Assembly: GCA_963699835.1 (NCBI GenBank) | Contig: CAVOVJ010000005.1 | Span: 9,939-73,938 of the forward strand | Length of the DNA: 64,000 nucleotides | Source of the DNA: an uncultured Gammaproteobacteria bacterium | GTDB lineage: Bacteria > Pseudomonadota > Gammaproteobacteria > Steroidobacterales > BM003 | Direction: 5' to 3' | The notes under the pieces: generated by a model | The model's database searches: none | Told to the model about the DNA's origin: nothing | What the model saw: the letters and a program-made list of their open reading frames with translations, nothing else | Part shown: in pieces, positions 17,066-27,001 of the stretch | How the letters are laid out: every line of letters starts with the position of its first letter | How positions within the stretch are numbered: position 1 is the stretch's first letter | Program-made: the position numbers and the translations under genes

Positions 17066-19837
17066 CTACAGCAGTTTTCGCCCTTGCTGCTCGATGCCGT
17101 CGTTGTTGATCACCGCGCCGGTCACGACGCCATTGCGGTCGACATCAAAACGAATTTGCTCGAGACCGTCGAGCAGGAAAAACTCCGTTTCGGCCGATGG
17201 CAGCAGCATCACCCGGGGTTGGCGCTCAGGCCGTGCATAGAGCGCTTCGCCATCGCGGGTGATCACGATATTGAACAACTCCGGGAACTCGTACTCGCCC
17301 ACGTAACGGTCCAGTATCGCCGGTGCAACCTTGACCGTTTCCGGACGCGTGTAGTCAACACGCTTGAGCCGATACAGGTCGCCGCCATTCAACTCGTTGA
17401 TATGGGTGACGTTGCCCGCGGCGTCGCTCTCGAACAGGAAAACGGAAATCCCGTCCGGGACGAAGAAACGGTTATCGCCTTCCGCGAGCAACTTGAACGG
17501 TGCCAGAGAGCCGAGACGCCCGATCAGGTGATTGCCGTTGCGGATGACCTCCAGCGGCTTTGATCCCTTGCTGCTCAGATAAAACCCGGCATAGCGGTCG
17601 AGCAGGTTCGAGTCGATTGTCACTGTCGTATGGCCCGGCGCTGCGGTGTAGACCGGTAAAGCCGTATTGGCCAGTTGCGCACGCAGCATCGAGCTCGTGC
17701 TTTGCGCCACGGCACTCACCTCTGCGTAGTTTGCACTCTGTCTGAATGAGGCAAAGACCGGGTGAGTTTCTACCATCCAGAATGCGCAGAAACCGCGGCG
17801 AATGGCCTCGAGCATTGCTGCGGCAGCGGCGTCGTTCTGGCCGCGCAGGCTAAGGACTGCGGCGCGCAATGCATGGTCGGCCGGGCGATCGAATTTGTAT
17901 TCCTGCGCCTGTGCCAGGTAACTGTCGATGGCAGCGAGAACGTTCTCGAGGCGGGGCCGGTCACGAATCCGCTCATAGTAGGCGGCCACGGTGGCAACTT
18001 CCGCAATGTTCTCCTCGAACACGGTGAATTCGCCGCTGTACGTCTGCAGATACTCGCTGACATATGAGCCTGCCACCGCGTCGTTGCCGTTCTGCATGGC
18101 GTGCAGGGCCAGCGCATTGAGCGCCCAGCCAACTTCGCGGTGCTGTTTGCGGTTGAGCCAGCCTTCGAGCATCTCAGCGGCCTGGACGCTGTTGCCCTGA
18201 GCCAGGTAAACGGCGTTCAGCGCTTGCCGGGCATGCTCGTTGCGCCAGTCCATGTCCACCGCTCTCTCGGCCCACTGCTGTGCCAGTTCGAAATCGCCGA
18301 GGTCGAGCCAGGTTTCCGCGAGACCCGCCATTGCGCCGAGATTTTGCGGTTCCACGGCGAGTGCGGAACGATAGGCACGAACTGCATCGCCGAGCTTGCC
18401 GGCCACGCGGTACGTCGTCGCCGCTCGCTCGCGGTAATGGCCGTTCATGTCCGACCCGAGCGAGACGAGCACCTCGAAATGCTGGCGCGCCTCATCGTAG
18501 CGGCCGGCGCGCATCAGTGCGTAAGAGATGTTGATGTTTGCCGGGGACGACATCGGTTCCAGCTGAACCGCGAGCTGGTACTGTTTCATCGCTTCCCTGG
18601 GCCGCTGCATTTCATTCAGCAAGTTGCCGTACCACATGTGCGCCATGGCATTACCGGACGCCAGCGCAATGGACTTCTCGTACGCTGCCGTGGCGGCAGT
18701 GCGTTCTCCTCGCACCTGCAAAAGCAGGCCCTGCGAGGCATAGACTTCCGATTGCTGATCGGGCGGCAATTGCGCAACACGTTTGAGCGCCTCATCGATG
18801 GCCGCGGCTGCCTTCGGCAACGCGTCCTGGTTGGTCAGGTTGCCGTACTCCACCAGCAGGATGTAACTATCGGCGAGACCGGTATAGGCGCGGACATATT
18901 CAGGGTCGATGGCGAGCGCGCGTTCAAAAAAGCCGATGGCCTCGCGCAGCGACTCTTCGGTGCGTTTGTGCCAGCGGTCGCGTCCGAGCAGGTACAACTC
19001 GTAGGCTTCGACACTCGCGGTCGGTGCCCGGGTCAGCACTTGCGCATCGGTTCCAAAGAGTTCCAGCTGCAATTGATCGACGATGTTCATGGCGATCTGG
19101 TCCTGGATCGCGAAAACGTCGTCGAGCGTGGCCTCATAGGTGTCGGACCAGAGGTGATATCCGGATTCGACGTCGATTAGCTGTGCGGTTACCCGCAGGC
19201 GGTCGCCGCTCTTGCGAACGCTGCCTTCCAGAATGGTATTGACGTTGAGCGCTTTGCCAATTTCCTGCACGTTCTCATTCTGTCCCTTGTAGGCGAATGA
19301 CGAAGTACGCGCGGCGACCCGCAAAGTGTCGATACGCGCCAGCATGTTCAGCAGTTCCTCCGAGATGCCATCGCTGAAGTACTCGTTGCTCGGCTCATTG
19401 CTCATATTGACGAAGGGCAGTACCGCGATTGATCGATCCCCTGCGGCGACGCTGCCACGATGGTCGCCCCATTCGCCGCGATAGACCAGCACTGCAACCA
19501 CTGCCGCGAGCACGCCGATAATCACGAAGTCGATCCAGCGCCGCCGGCCCTTGGTGGTACCGGCCGCGGGCGATGGCGTTTCCCGGGTTCGTTTGACCCC
19601 GTCTGGTGTGATATCGAATAACCACGCAAGCACGAGCGTCAGCGGGAACCCGACGATCACCAGGATAACGAGGAATCGCATCGCCGAATCGGGGATATCA
19701 AAAGCGGGGAAAGTAACTTCCGCGACCTGCAATAGTATCCATGCGACGAGCGCGTAGGATGCGCCCACTCGGAATACCTTGCGCCGCTTCAGATCCTGCA
19801 TGGAAGCTCTGAAGTTAGAGCCGATGTCGCTCACCAT
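17066..19837 (-). CDS. Membrane-anchored TolB-N-like / TPR protein with two C-terminal DUF3471-like repeats
   Basis: ORF 17066..19990, with the start set at ATG 19837 (19867 and 19801 also possible). LKRRKVFRVGASYALVAWILLQV N-terminal motif, a second TM, IAVLPFVNMSNEPSNEYFSDGISEEL (TolB-N-like), many TPRs, then two LDRY-G-Y ... RFxxDxxGxVT repeats. Confidence 0.8.
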   Translation of the reverse strand: MVSDIGSNFRASMQDLKRRKVFRVGASYALVAWILLQVAEVTFPAFDIPDSAMRFLVILVIVGFPLTLVLAWLFDITPDGVKRTRETPSPAAGTTKGRRRWIDFVIIGVLAAVVAVLVYRGEWGDHRGSVAAGDRSIAVLPFVNMSNEPSNEYFSDGISEELLNMLARIDTLRVAARTSSFAYKGQNENVQEIGKALNVNTILEGSVRKSGDRLRVTAQLIDVESGYHLWSDTYEATLDDVFAIQDQIAMNIVDQLQLELFGTDAQVLTRAPTASVEAYELYLLGRDRWHKRTEESLREAIGFFERALAIDPEYVRAYTGLADSYILLVEYGNLTNQDALPKAAAAIDEALKRVAQLPPDQQSEVYASQGLLLQVRGERTAATAAYEKSIALASGNAMAHMWYGNLLNEMQRPREAMKQYQLAVQLEPMSSPANINISYALMRAGRYDEARQHFEVLVSLGSDMNGHYRERAATTYRVAGKLGDAVRAYRSALAVEPQNLGAMAGLAETWLDLGDFELAQQWAERAVDMDWRNEHARQALNAVYLAQGNSVQAAEMLEGWLNRKQHREVGWALNALALHAMQNGNDAVAGSYVSEYLQTYSGEFTVFEENIAEVATVAAYYERIRDRPRLENVLAAIDSYLAQAQEYKFDRPADHALRAAVLSLRGQNDAAAAAMLEAIRRGFCAFWMVETHPVFASFRQSANYAEVSAVAQSTSSMLRAQLANTALPVYTAAPGHTTVTIDSNLLDRYAGFYLSSKGSKPLEVIRNGNHLIGRLGSLAPFKLLAEGDNRFFVPDGISVFLFESDAAGNVTHINELNGGDLYRLKRVDYTRPETVKVAPAILDRYVGEYEFPELFNIVITRDGEALYARPERQPRVMLLPSAETEFFLLDGLEQIRFDVDRNGVVTGAVINNDGIEQQGRKLL

Positions 19838-20056
19838 GGCCCCCCGGTCGGTGCGTTGTATGGTCATGACGTGTCTGGCAACCCTGCAGAGGCTATTATT
19901 GCTGCTCTCGTGCTGCAAGCGCTTTCGCCCAGCCGTGATTTTGACACTCGGTTTCCCGGTTTCGTTCCCATTCGATCGTGCCCGTGGCAATTACGGGTGT
20001 GGGCCACGGGGTTGGAACGACGGTTGCAGAGCCCGCTTGGGAAAAGCATCACATAA

Positions 20057-21553
20057 ATGACTGATATCAAAGAGAGCCTGGCCGCGGCCCGGCAGTTACA
20101 CCGCGACGGGCGGCTGCGCGAAGCGGAGCTCGCAGTCAGGCAGGTGTTGCAGCAACAGCCGCGCAATGCGCCGGCGCTGGACCTGTTGGGCATGCTGGCG
20201 CAGCAGGCCGGTGCGGTTGGCGATGCGGCGGGTCTGTTCGAGGCGGCGATCGCCGCGAGCCCGCGAGAGCCCACTTTCTACTGGCATCTCGCGCTGGTTC
20301 GCAAGTTGCAACGCCGTTTCGGCGACGCGCGAACACTGATTGAGCGTTCGCTGCAGATTTTGGGTGCGCCGGAGTACGCTGCTGACCCTCGCGCCGCGAA
20401 GCTGGCCGCGCTGCTGCAGACAGAACTCGGGGATTTTGCCGCGATGGACGGTCAGCGCGAACGCGCGGAGGAGCATTTCCGCGCGGCGCTGTCCGCTGAT
20501 CCTGCGCGCGGCTCGACCTGGTACAAGCTGGCCATTGCCAGGCGTTTCGAAGCCGCAGAGGATGACGATATCGTCGCGATGAACGCGGCAGCGCAACGCT
20601 CCGACCTGAGCGTTCCCGAGCGCGCGGCGCTACATTTTGCGCTTGGCAAAGCGCTTGACGATTGCTGCGAATACGCGAGGGCATTCGCCCATTTCCGCGA
20701 GGCCAATGAGCTGCGCCGCGACCAGACGCGGCGCGACTGGGTCGCGCTCGGCGAGTATGTCGAACAGTGTGAGGAACTGTTTTCCACAGACTTGTTTGCA
20801 TCACCACCGTATGCGGGTGCAGACAGCGAGCGCCCGGTTTTCATTGTCGGTATGCCGCGATCGGGTACGACGCTGGTCGAGCAGATCATTTCCAGTCATT
20901 CACAGGCTCAGGGGGCCGGAGAGCTCGATGCGCTGCAGCGGCTCCTGTCCAGCGAGGCCGGGCTGGCGTTCGGCGAACATGTGGATGCCGCTTTTGCCGG
21001 TCAGCTGGATCAGCAGGGAGCCGCGCGGATTACGGGCAGTTACCTTGAGATTCTCGGCGCGGGAGCGCCGGAAGACGCTTTGCGTATTACCGACAAGGCG
21101 CCGAGCAACTGCTACCTGGTCGGTTTCATCGCTTTGCTGTTTCCCAATGCCCGGATTATCGATTGCCGGCGCGATGCGCTCGATAATTGTCTGTCGATGT
21201 ATTTTCAGCCCCTCCCGCTAAGTTACGACCTTGCACAACTGGGCAGAAGCTACCGGCTCTACGAACGAATCATGCGGCACTGGGATCGGGTTCTGCCCGA
21301 TCGGGTCTTGCGCGTGCGCTACGAGGATGCGGTCGAGGATGTCGAATCCGTTGCCCGCCGTATCGTCGGTTTTCTCGGGCTTGACTGGGACCCGGCGTGT
21401 CTCGACTTCCACCGCAGTGCCCGGTCCGTTCAGACGATGAGTCTGTGGCAGGTGCGGCGCCCCATTTACTCGAGATCCGTCGGCCGATCGCGGCACTACG
21501 CGGAATACCTGGCGCCGCTGGCGGCGGCGCTCGGGGACAAGGAGTCCGGCTAA
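20057..21553 (+). CDS. TPR-repeat sulfotransferase family protein
   Basis: N-terminal TPRs, then PVFIVGMPRSGTTLVEQIISSH (PAPS 5'-phosphosulfate-binding loop) and RVRYEDAV. Confidence 0.85.
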   Translation: MTDIKESLAAARQLHRDGRLREAELAVRQVLQQQPRNAPALDLLGMLAQQAGAVGDAAGLFEAAIAASPREPTFYWHLALVRKLQRRFGDARTLIERSLQILGAPEYAADPRAAKLAALLQTELGDFAAMDGQRERAEEHFRAALSADPARGSTWYKLAIARRFEAAEDDDIVAMNAAAQRSDLSVPERAALHFALGKALDDCCEYARAFAHFREANELRRDQTRRDWVALGEYVEQCEELFSTDLFASPPYAGADSERPVFIVGMPRSGTTLVEQIISSHSQAQGAGELDALQRLLSSEAGLAFGEHVDAAFAGQLDQQGAARITGSYLEILGAGAPEDALRITDKAPSNCYLVGFIALLFPNARIIDCRRDALDNCLSMYFQPLPLSYDLAQLGRSYRLYERIMRHWDRVLPDRVLRVRYEDAVEDVESVARRIVGFLGLDWDPACLDFHRSARSVQTMSLWQVRRPIYSRSVGRSRHYAEYLAPLAAALGDKESG

Positions 21554-21574
21554 TGCACGGCGCCAGACGGGGCC

Positions 21575-21832
21575 TCAGCGCGCTCCGTCGCCGCTGGTCA
21601 TATTCGAAGCGGGGTAACAGACCCGGCGCGCACGATTGCTGCCGGTCTGGCGCTCGCGCCGGCAGATGACCTCGGTTTTCTCCTCGGCGGTCGTACTCAC
21701 TTCCGTCGGCTGAGCGTCGCTGGACTGCGTCGTGGTTTGCGCCGGCGCAGCCGCTGTCATCGCGTTGTCCTGCGTCGCGCAGGCGCCAAGTCCGAGCACT
21801 GCGATCACCATTGTTAGCCTGAGGGTATCCAT
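21575..21832 (-). CDS. Small lipoprotein, hypothetical
   Basis: MVIAVLGLGAC lipobox, followed by a Thr/Ala/Gln-rich region and a CRRE...RRVC pair. The start may be ATG 21811 (better SD) rather than 21832. Confidence 0.55.
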   Translation of the reverse strand: MDTLRLTMVIAVLGLGACATQDNAMTAAAPAQTTTQSSDAQPTEVSTTAEEKTEVICRRERQTGSNRARRVCYPASNMTSGDGAR

Positions 21833-21967
21833 ATCTAACTCGCTATTTTTTTATTGAAAATCCAATTGCCTGGTGACGCGCAATCCCAATCTGAATGGCG
21901 GCCCCGGTGTGCGAGGATAAATCCGCAAACAAGTTTCGACGTCGGACCAGATAACCACTCGCCCAAC

Positions 21968-22003
21968 AAAAAGACGGACCCCGGAGGGGGACCGGGGTCC
22001 GTC
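21968..22003 (-). terminator. Strong Rho-independent terminator
   Basis: The minus strand reads GACGGACCCCGG-tccccct-CCGGGGTCCGTC followed by TTTTT. Confidence 0.8.
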
Positions 22004-22140
22004 AAGTGGTCAGGAAAGATCTATGGGGGAGTGTCGCTTCAGCCCTCATTGGGGGAAGGGCCCTTCCCTGGTCCACACGCTCACAGGTTAATCCTTTCCT
22101 GTGACAGCACTATTGCAGTCTTTCGACCGCCCCCTACAGC
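22004..22140 (-). other. Candidate structured RNA (3' UTR element, sRNA or leader) ending at the 21968-22003 terminator
   Basis: The minus strand shows a closing helix GGGGGCGGTCG...CGACACTCCCCC. It encloses the hairpins TCACAGG-aaaggattaa-CCTGTGA and GGGAAGGGCCCTTCCC. No plausible ORF is present. Confidence 0.3.
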
Positions 22141-22141
22141 C

Positions 22142-22609
22142 TCACCAACGGAATTTCCGGAAATTCTCCGGATTCGCCCAGTGGCGAGGACTGTTCCAAA
22201 CTCGGGCGTCATTGTATGAAGTGATGTCATAGACGTAAAGGCGGGAGCCGTCTTCAGCCTGCGCTGGCGCGAGTCCGAGCGCAATGAATTCCGTGTCGGA
22301 CCAGATGGTTTGCGTCTTGTCTTGCCCCGCCGCCACCGTTACCGCGACGGCGTTGCTGTGAAAATTCCGCAGATTTGCGATCAACCGTGTACCGTCGCTT
22401 TTACTCAGCGACCCCAGGACGTCGACAACCAGTGCCAGGTCGAAGCGGCCGAGCGTGCGCGAAAGCGGGGTCGCGTAATGCACCGACGTGACGGCGAGTT
22501 CCGGGTTTGCCTGACGAAACCGGGTTACGGCCGGCACCCCGCCGGCGCTGACGCACAGCACAGTAGCCGGAGCAAACTGCTGCAAAACAGAGGAAAGACC
22601 TGCACTCAT
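22142..22609 (-). CDS. Conserved hypothetical protein (~155 aa)
   Basis: ORF 22142..22828, with ATG 22609 chosen (MSAGLSSVLQQF). The C-terminus is YDITSYNDARVWNSPRHWANPENFRKFRW. The upstream part of the ORF overlaps the divergent promoter region. Confidence 0.6.
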   Translation of the reverse strand: MSAGLSSVLQQFAPATVLCVSAGGVPAVTRFRQANPELAVTSVHYATPLSRTLGRFDLALVVDVLGSLSKSDGTRLIANLRNFHSNAVAVTVAAGQDKTQTIWSDTEFIALGLAPAQAEDGSRLYVYDITSYNDARVWNSPRHWANPENFRKFRW

Positions 22610-22820
22610 GCCGGGTCGACACTCATTCGGGTTGCGGCGCTCCAGTCTAACCGATGCGACCGGGCTCTCGCAGCGCCTCGAGGAATGCGTCTTGTCGGGT
22701 TTTGTCAAGATTGGCGGCTCCGTGTGTGCAGTGTAGAGTGACTCGACCCTTGCCGGGGCGTGCGCCGGCCCGATGGTCGTGGCGCCCCCGGAAAATGCAC
22801 GTTCACGTAGGAGAATCGAT

Positions 22821-23297
22821 ATGTCCATTGCTTCAACCGTGCGCAGCGCGCTCAGCGAAGAAAAGGTCGAATACAGGATTCTCTCGCAAAACGCTGCAGG
22901 CAGTCAGCAGCGCCGCCGCGCCCGAATTGCCCGGGAGAAGCTCGCTCAGGCGGTTCTGTTGAAAGACTCATCGGGTTTCCTGCTGGCAGTTCTGCCTGCG
23001 AGTCACAGCCTCGACATGGACGCGTTGTCTGAGCAGCTGCATCGCAGATTGCGACCGGCCTCGGACGAGGATCTCGATCGCAATTTTTTCGATTGCGAAG
23101 TGGGAGCGATACCGCCGCTTGGTCCCTGGTACAGGTTGCCGACCGTGGTGGATGAATCGCTCCGGCGCCAGCCCGATATCTTTTTCGTCGGTGGCGATTC
23201 GACCGAACTGGTGCACGTTGCCGAGCCGTCGTTCGAGCGTCTGATGAACGGCGCCGAATATCTGCATTTTGCAAAAGGCGCGAGCGGCGCGACTTAA
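22821..23297 (+). CDS. YbaK/EbsC-type aminoacyl-tRNA deacylase domain protein
   Basis: AGGAGAA SD 6 nt before ATG 22821. AVLLKDSSGFLLAVLPASHSLD, CEVGAIPPLG and IFFVGGDSTELV motifs. Confidence 0.7.
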   Translation: MSIASTVRSALSEEKVEYRILSQNAAGSQQRRRARIAREKLAQAVLLKDSSGFLLAVLPASHSLDMDALSEQLHRRLRPASDEDLDRNFFDCEVGAIPPLGPWYRLPTVVDESLRRQPDIFFVGGDSTELVHVAEPSFERLMNGAEYLHFAKGASGAT

Positions 23298-23378
23298 AAA
23301 CTACTGCGCTGCGGCAAAAAAATAGTGGCCGGGCGCTATTTTCTGTGCATGGATTAGCGGTTATGCTGGCGCGAATCG

Positions 23379-25208
23379 TTGACGAAGCCATACGCAATGA
23401 AGCCCACCGATACGTCCAGGCCGGACTATTTCCATCAGGTGGTGGATTGCCAGTGGGCCTGCCCGGCTCACACGGACGTGCCCGGCTACATCCGCTTGAT
23501 AGCTCAGGGACGATTCACCGACGCATACATGGTGAATCGCGACTCCAACGTATTCCCCGGGATTCTCGGTCGCGTCTGCGACCGTCCGTGTGAGCCGGCG
23601 TGCAGGCGCGGTCGCGTTGAGGAGAAGCCTGTCGCGATCTGCCGTCTCAAGCGAGTGGCAGCCGATCATCGCGGCGAGATATCCGACCGGTTGCCAAAGG
23701 CGCCACCGCAATTCAACGGCAAAAAGGTCGCTTTGATCGGCGCCGGACCGGCCTCACTGACCGTGGTCAACGATCTCGCTCCACTCGGTTACCAGTGTGT
23801 CATTTACGAGGCCCTCAATAAGGCCGGTGGCCTGATGCGCACCAATATCCCGGCGTTTCGGTTGCCGGCCGAAATCATCGACGAGGAGATCGGCTACATT
23901 CTCGACATGAATGTCGAGCTGCGTCTCGGCGCCAGAGTCGGCAGTATGAGCGCGTTGCTCGAGGAGGGTTACGACGCAGTATTCGTTGGCAGCGGGGCGC
24001 CGAAAGGCAAGGACCTGGATATTCCCGGGCGCGATGCCAGCGATCGCATTCATATCGGCATCAACTGGCTCGAGTCTGTCGCGTTCGATCATGTCGACTC
24101 GATCGGCGAGAGAGTGCTGATAATCGGTGTTGGCAATACCGCGATGGACTGTTGCCGAAGTTCGTTGCGGCTCGGTGCGAAAGAAGTAAAAGTCATGGCG
24201 CGCAAGCCCCGCGACTTTTTTAAAGCCAGCCACTGGGAACTCGAGGACGCCGAGGAAGAGAATGTCGAGATCGTCGTCAACCACTCGCCCAAGGCCTTCC
24301 TGACTGAAGACGGGAAGCTGACAGGCATGTTGTTCGAACAGATGGAATACGATCTCGACGCAGCCGGGCGAATTACCGGCTCTCGTATCGTTGGTGAAGT
24401 GGAAATTCCGTGTGACGATGTGGTGCTCGCAATCGGGCAGGAAAATGCGTTTCCATGGATCGAGCGTGATCTGGGCATCGAATTCGACGAATGGGACGTG
24501 CCGGTCGTCGACGCTGACACCTTTGAGTCGACCCGCGCCGGTGTCTTTTTCGGCGGTGACGCCGCATTCGGCCCGAAGAACATCATCTGGGCGGTCGAGC
24601 ATGGCCACCAGGCCGCAATTTCAATTCACAAGCACTGCCAGGGTGAGGACATCACGAACCGCCTGCCCCGCGGTATCAACCTCAATTCGACCAAGATGGG
24701 TATGCACGAGTGGAGTTACTCGAATGCCTATGATCCGGACGAGCGGCGCCTGATGCCTAATGTCGATCTTCGCAGTCGCTTCGAGAATATCGATATCGAG
24801 GTTGAACTCGGGTTCAGCGCGGAACAGATCGTCGTTGAAGTCGAGCGCTGTCTGAATTGTGACATCCAGACTGTTTTCATGGCCGGTCAGTGCATCGAGT
24901 GTGACGCCTGTATCGATATCTGCCCTGTGAATTGCCTGACCATGGTGACGAACGGTACGCAGGAAGAGATCGAGACGCGGCTCAAGGCGCCACGTCTTGA
25001 CCAGGGCCAGTTGCTGTTCGTGTCGGAACCCCTGAAGCAGACCGGCAGAGTCATGGTGAAGGACGAAAACCTGTGCGTGCATTGCGGACTGTGCGCCGAG
25101 CGATGTCCCACCGCTGCATGGGACATGCAGAAATCTGATGTCCTCATACCGTATGCAGAAGACGAAGCCGGAGAATCAACGTGTCGGGCCGAGCGAAAAG
25201 CAAGCTAA
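23379..25208 (+). CDS. GltD-like NAD(P)H-dependent flavoprotein with a C-terminal 2x[4Fe-4S] ferredoxin domain (putative third subunit of the 2-oxoacid oxidoreductase)
   Basis: N-terminal Cys cluster CQWACPAHTDVPGYI...CDRPCEPAC. Rossmann loops VALIGAGPASL and VLIIGVGNTAMDC. C-terminal CLNCD...CIECDACIDICP and CVHCGLCAERCP. Alternative start ATG 23397. Confidence 0.8.
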   Translation: MTKPYAMKPTDTSRPDYFHQVVDCQWACPAHTDVPGYIRLIAQGRFTDAYMVNRDSNVFPGILGRVCDRPCEPACRRGRVEEKPVAICRLKRVAADHRGEISDRLPKAPPQFNGKKVALIGAGPASLTVVNDLAPLGYQCVIYEALNKAGGLMRTNIPAFRLPAEIIDEEIGYILDMNVELRLGARVGSMSALLEEGYDAVFVGSGAPKGKDLDIPGRDASDRIHIGINWLESVAFDHVDSIGERVLIIGVGNTAMDCCRSSLRLGAKEVKVMARKPRDFFKASHWELEDAEEENVEIVVNHSPKAFLTEDGKLTGMLFEQMEYDLDAAGRITGSRIVGEVEIPCDDVVLAIGQENAFPWIERDLGIEFDEWDVPVVDADTFESTRAGVFFGGDAAFGPKNIIWAVEHGHQAAISIHKHCQGEDITNRLPRGINLNSTKMGMHEWSYSNAYDPDERRLMPNVDLRSRFENIDIEVELGFSAEQIVVEVERCLNCDIQTVFMAGQCIECDACIDICPVNCLTMVTNGTQEEIETRLKAPRLDQGQLLFVSEPLKQTGRVMVKDENLCVHCGLCAERCPTAAWDMQKSDVLIPYAEDEAGESTCRAERKAS

Positions 25209-27001
25209 ACGATTTCGTCATTAAACTCGCGACCGTCAATGGGACCGGGTCCGCCAGTGCCAATGCCATCATCATGAAGACGATCTTCAGGATGGGTGTT
25301 CCGGTAGTCGGCAAGAATCTCTTTCCATCAAATATCCAGGGCCTTCCGACCTGGTATGAGATCCGGGTTTCGCGCCAGGGTTACATGGCCCGGTCCGGCG
25401 ACACCGATGTCATGGTCGCGATGAATGCGCGGACCTATGCAGCCGATCTCGCTGAGGTTAGTCCGGGTGGGGTGCTTGTCTACGATTCGACCTGGCCGCG
25501 TCACCGCGACCTGTCGCGTCCCGATATCACTATTCTGGGCATACCGCTGGCGCAGATGTGTAACCAGCGCTTCGAAAACGCGCGGGCCCGGATCCTGATG
25601 AAGAATATGGCCTACGTCGGGGCGCTTGCGGCTTTGCTCGATCTCGATATGGATGTACTGCGCGACCTGATAGAGGAGCAGTTTGCGATCAAGAAGAAGC
25701 TCATCGGTGCCAACATGGAAGCCATCGAGCTCGGTTTTGATTACGCCCAGGAGCATTTCCAGTGCCCGCTGCGAACCCGGGTGCAGGCCCTCGACAAGAC
25801 CGCTGGTCACATCATGATCGATGGCAACAGCGCCGCCGCGCTTGGCTGCGTCTACGCCGGCGCGACGGTAGGTGCGTGGTACCCGATTACGCCGTCAACC
25901 ACGCTGATGGACGGATTCAAGGCATTCAGTGAACGCTTCAGGGTGAACGCCGCAACCGGGGAGCGCGATTTCTGCATCATCCAGGCCGAGGACGAACTCG
26001 CCGCGATCGGTATGGTCATCGGCGCCAGCTGGATGGGTGCGCGATCATTTACACCGACCAGCGGCCCCGGTATCTCGTTGATGAGCGAGTTTATCGGTTT
26101 TGCCTATTACGCGGAAATTCCGGCCGTGATCTTCGACGTGCAACGAGTCGGGCCGTCCACCGGCATGCCAACACGGACGCAGCAATCCGACATTACGCTG
26201 TGCGCGTATGCGTCACATGGCGATACCCGGCATGTTTTGCTTTTCCCTGCCGATCCGCACGAGTGTTTCGAGTTGGCGGTTCAGGCATTCGATCTTGCCG
26301 ACCAGTTGCAGACGCCGGTTTTCGTGCTCAGCGATCTCGATATTGGCATGAACGACTGGATGATTCCGCAACTCCAATGGGACGACTCGTATCGCCCGGA
26401 TCGGGGCAAGATTCTCGAGGGCGAGGCGCTGGAGAAAGTCGAGAAGTTCTACCGCTATCTGGACGTTGACGGTGACGGTATTCCGTATCGGACCCGGCCC
26501 GGCGATCTCGGGAAAGGAGCGTATTTCGTCCGTGGTTCCGGTCACAACAAGTTCGGCGCTTATACCGAGGACTCAGCGGAATATCAGGAGGTTCTCGACC
26601 GGTTGCTGAAGAAATGGGATACCGCCAAGAAGCTGATGCCGGACCCGGTTGTCCGGCGCACCCGCAAGCCGACTTCAACGGCGATCATATCTGTAGGCAG
26701 TTGTGATGGCGCGGTGCGCGAGGCCATGGACCGGCTGGCGGCAAAGGGGATTTATCTCAACTACATGCGTGTGCGCGCATTCCCGTTCGGGCGCAAGGTG
26801 GAGCGATTCATCGCAGCGCACGAGCACATCTATGTGATTGAGCAGAATCGCGATGCCCAACTGCGCAGCCTGCTGATAAACGAGACCGCCGCGGCCAAGG
26901 AAAAACTCGAGTCGATCCTGCACTACCACGGGCTGCCGATGGACTACCGTTGTATTGTCGAGCACATCGAGCGCCAGGTGGCGCGGGGAGAAGTGGCGTG
27001 A
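25181..27001 (+). CDS. korA: 2-oxoacid:acceptor oxidoreductase subunit alpha
   Basis: GTG 25181 with a GGAGAA SD. NDFVIKLATVNGTGSASANAI..., GNSAAALGCVYAGATVGAWYPITPST and QRVGPSTGMPTRTQQSD. Confidence 0.85.
   Translation: MSGRAKSKLNDFVIKLATVNGTGSASANAIIMKTIFRMGVPVVGKNLFPSNIQGLPTWYEIRVSRQGYMARSGDTDVMVAMNARTYAADLAEVSPGGVLVYDSTWPRHRDLSRPDITILGIPLAQMCNQRFENARARILMKNMAYVGALAALLDLDMDVLRDLIEEQFAIKKKLIGANMEAIELGFDYAQEHFQCPLRTRVQALDKTAGHIMIDGNSAAALGCVYAGATVGAWYPITPSTTLMDGFKAFSERFRVNAATGERDFCIIQAEDELAAIGMVIGASWMGARSFTPTSGPGISLMSEFIGFAYYAEIPAVIFDVQRVGPSTGMPTRTQQSDITLCAYASHGDTRHVLLFPADPHECFELAVQAFDLADQLQTPVFVLSDLDIGMNDWMIPQLQWDDSYRPDRGKILEGEALEKVEKFYRYLDVDGDGIPYRTRPGDLGKGAYFVRGSGHNKFGAYTEDSAEYQEVLDRLLKKWDTAKKLMPDPVVRRTRKPTSTAIISVGSCDGAVREAMDRLAAKGIYLNYMRVRAFPFGRKVERFIAAHEHIYVIEQNRDAQLRSLLINETAAAKEKLESILHYHGLPMDYRCIVEHIERQVARGEVA

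Noticed and set aside
18101-19180. 359-aa plus-strand ORF
   Set aside because: It lies antisense to the large TPR protein gene and has no motifs.
21854-22219. 121-aa plus-strand ORF
   Set aside because: It crosses a strong terminator hairpin and the structured region, has poor coding composition, and has no SD. The region is better explained as non-coding RNA or UTR on the minus strand.
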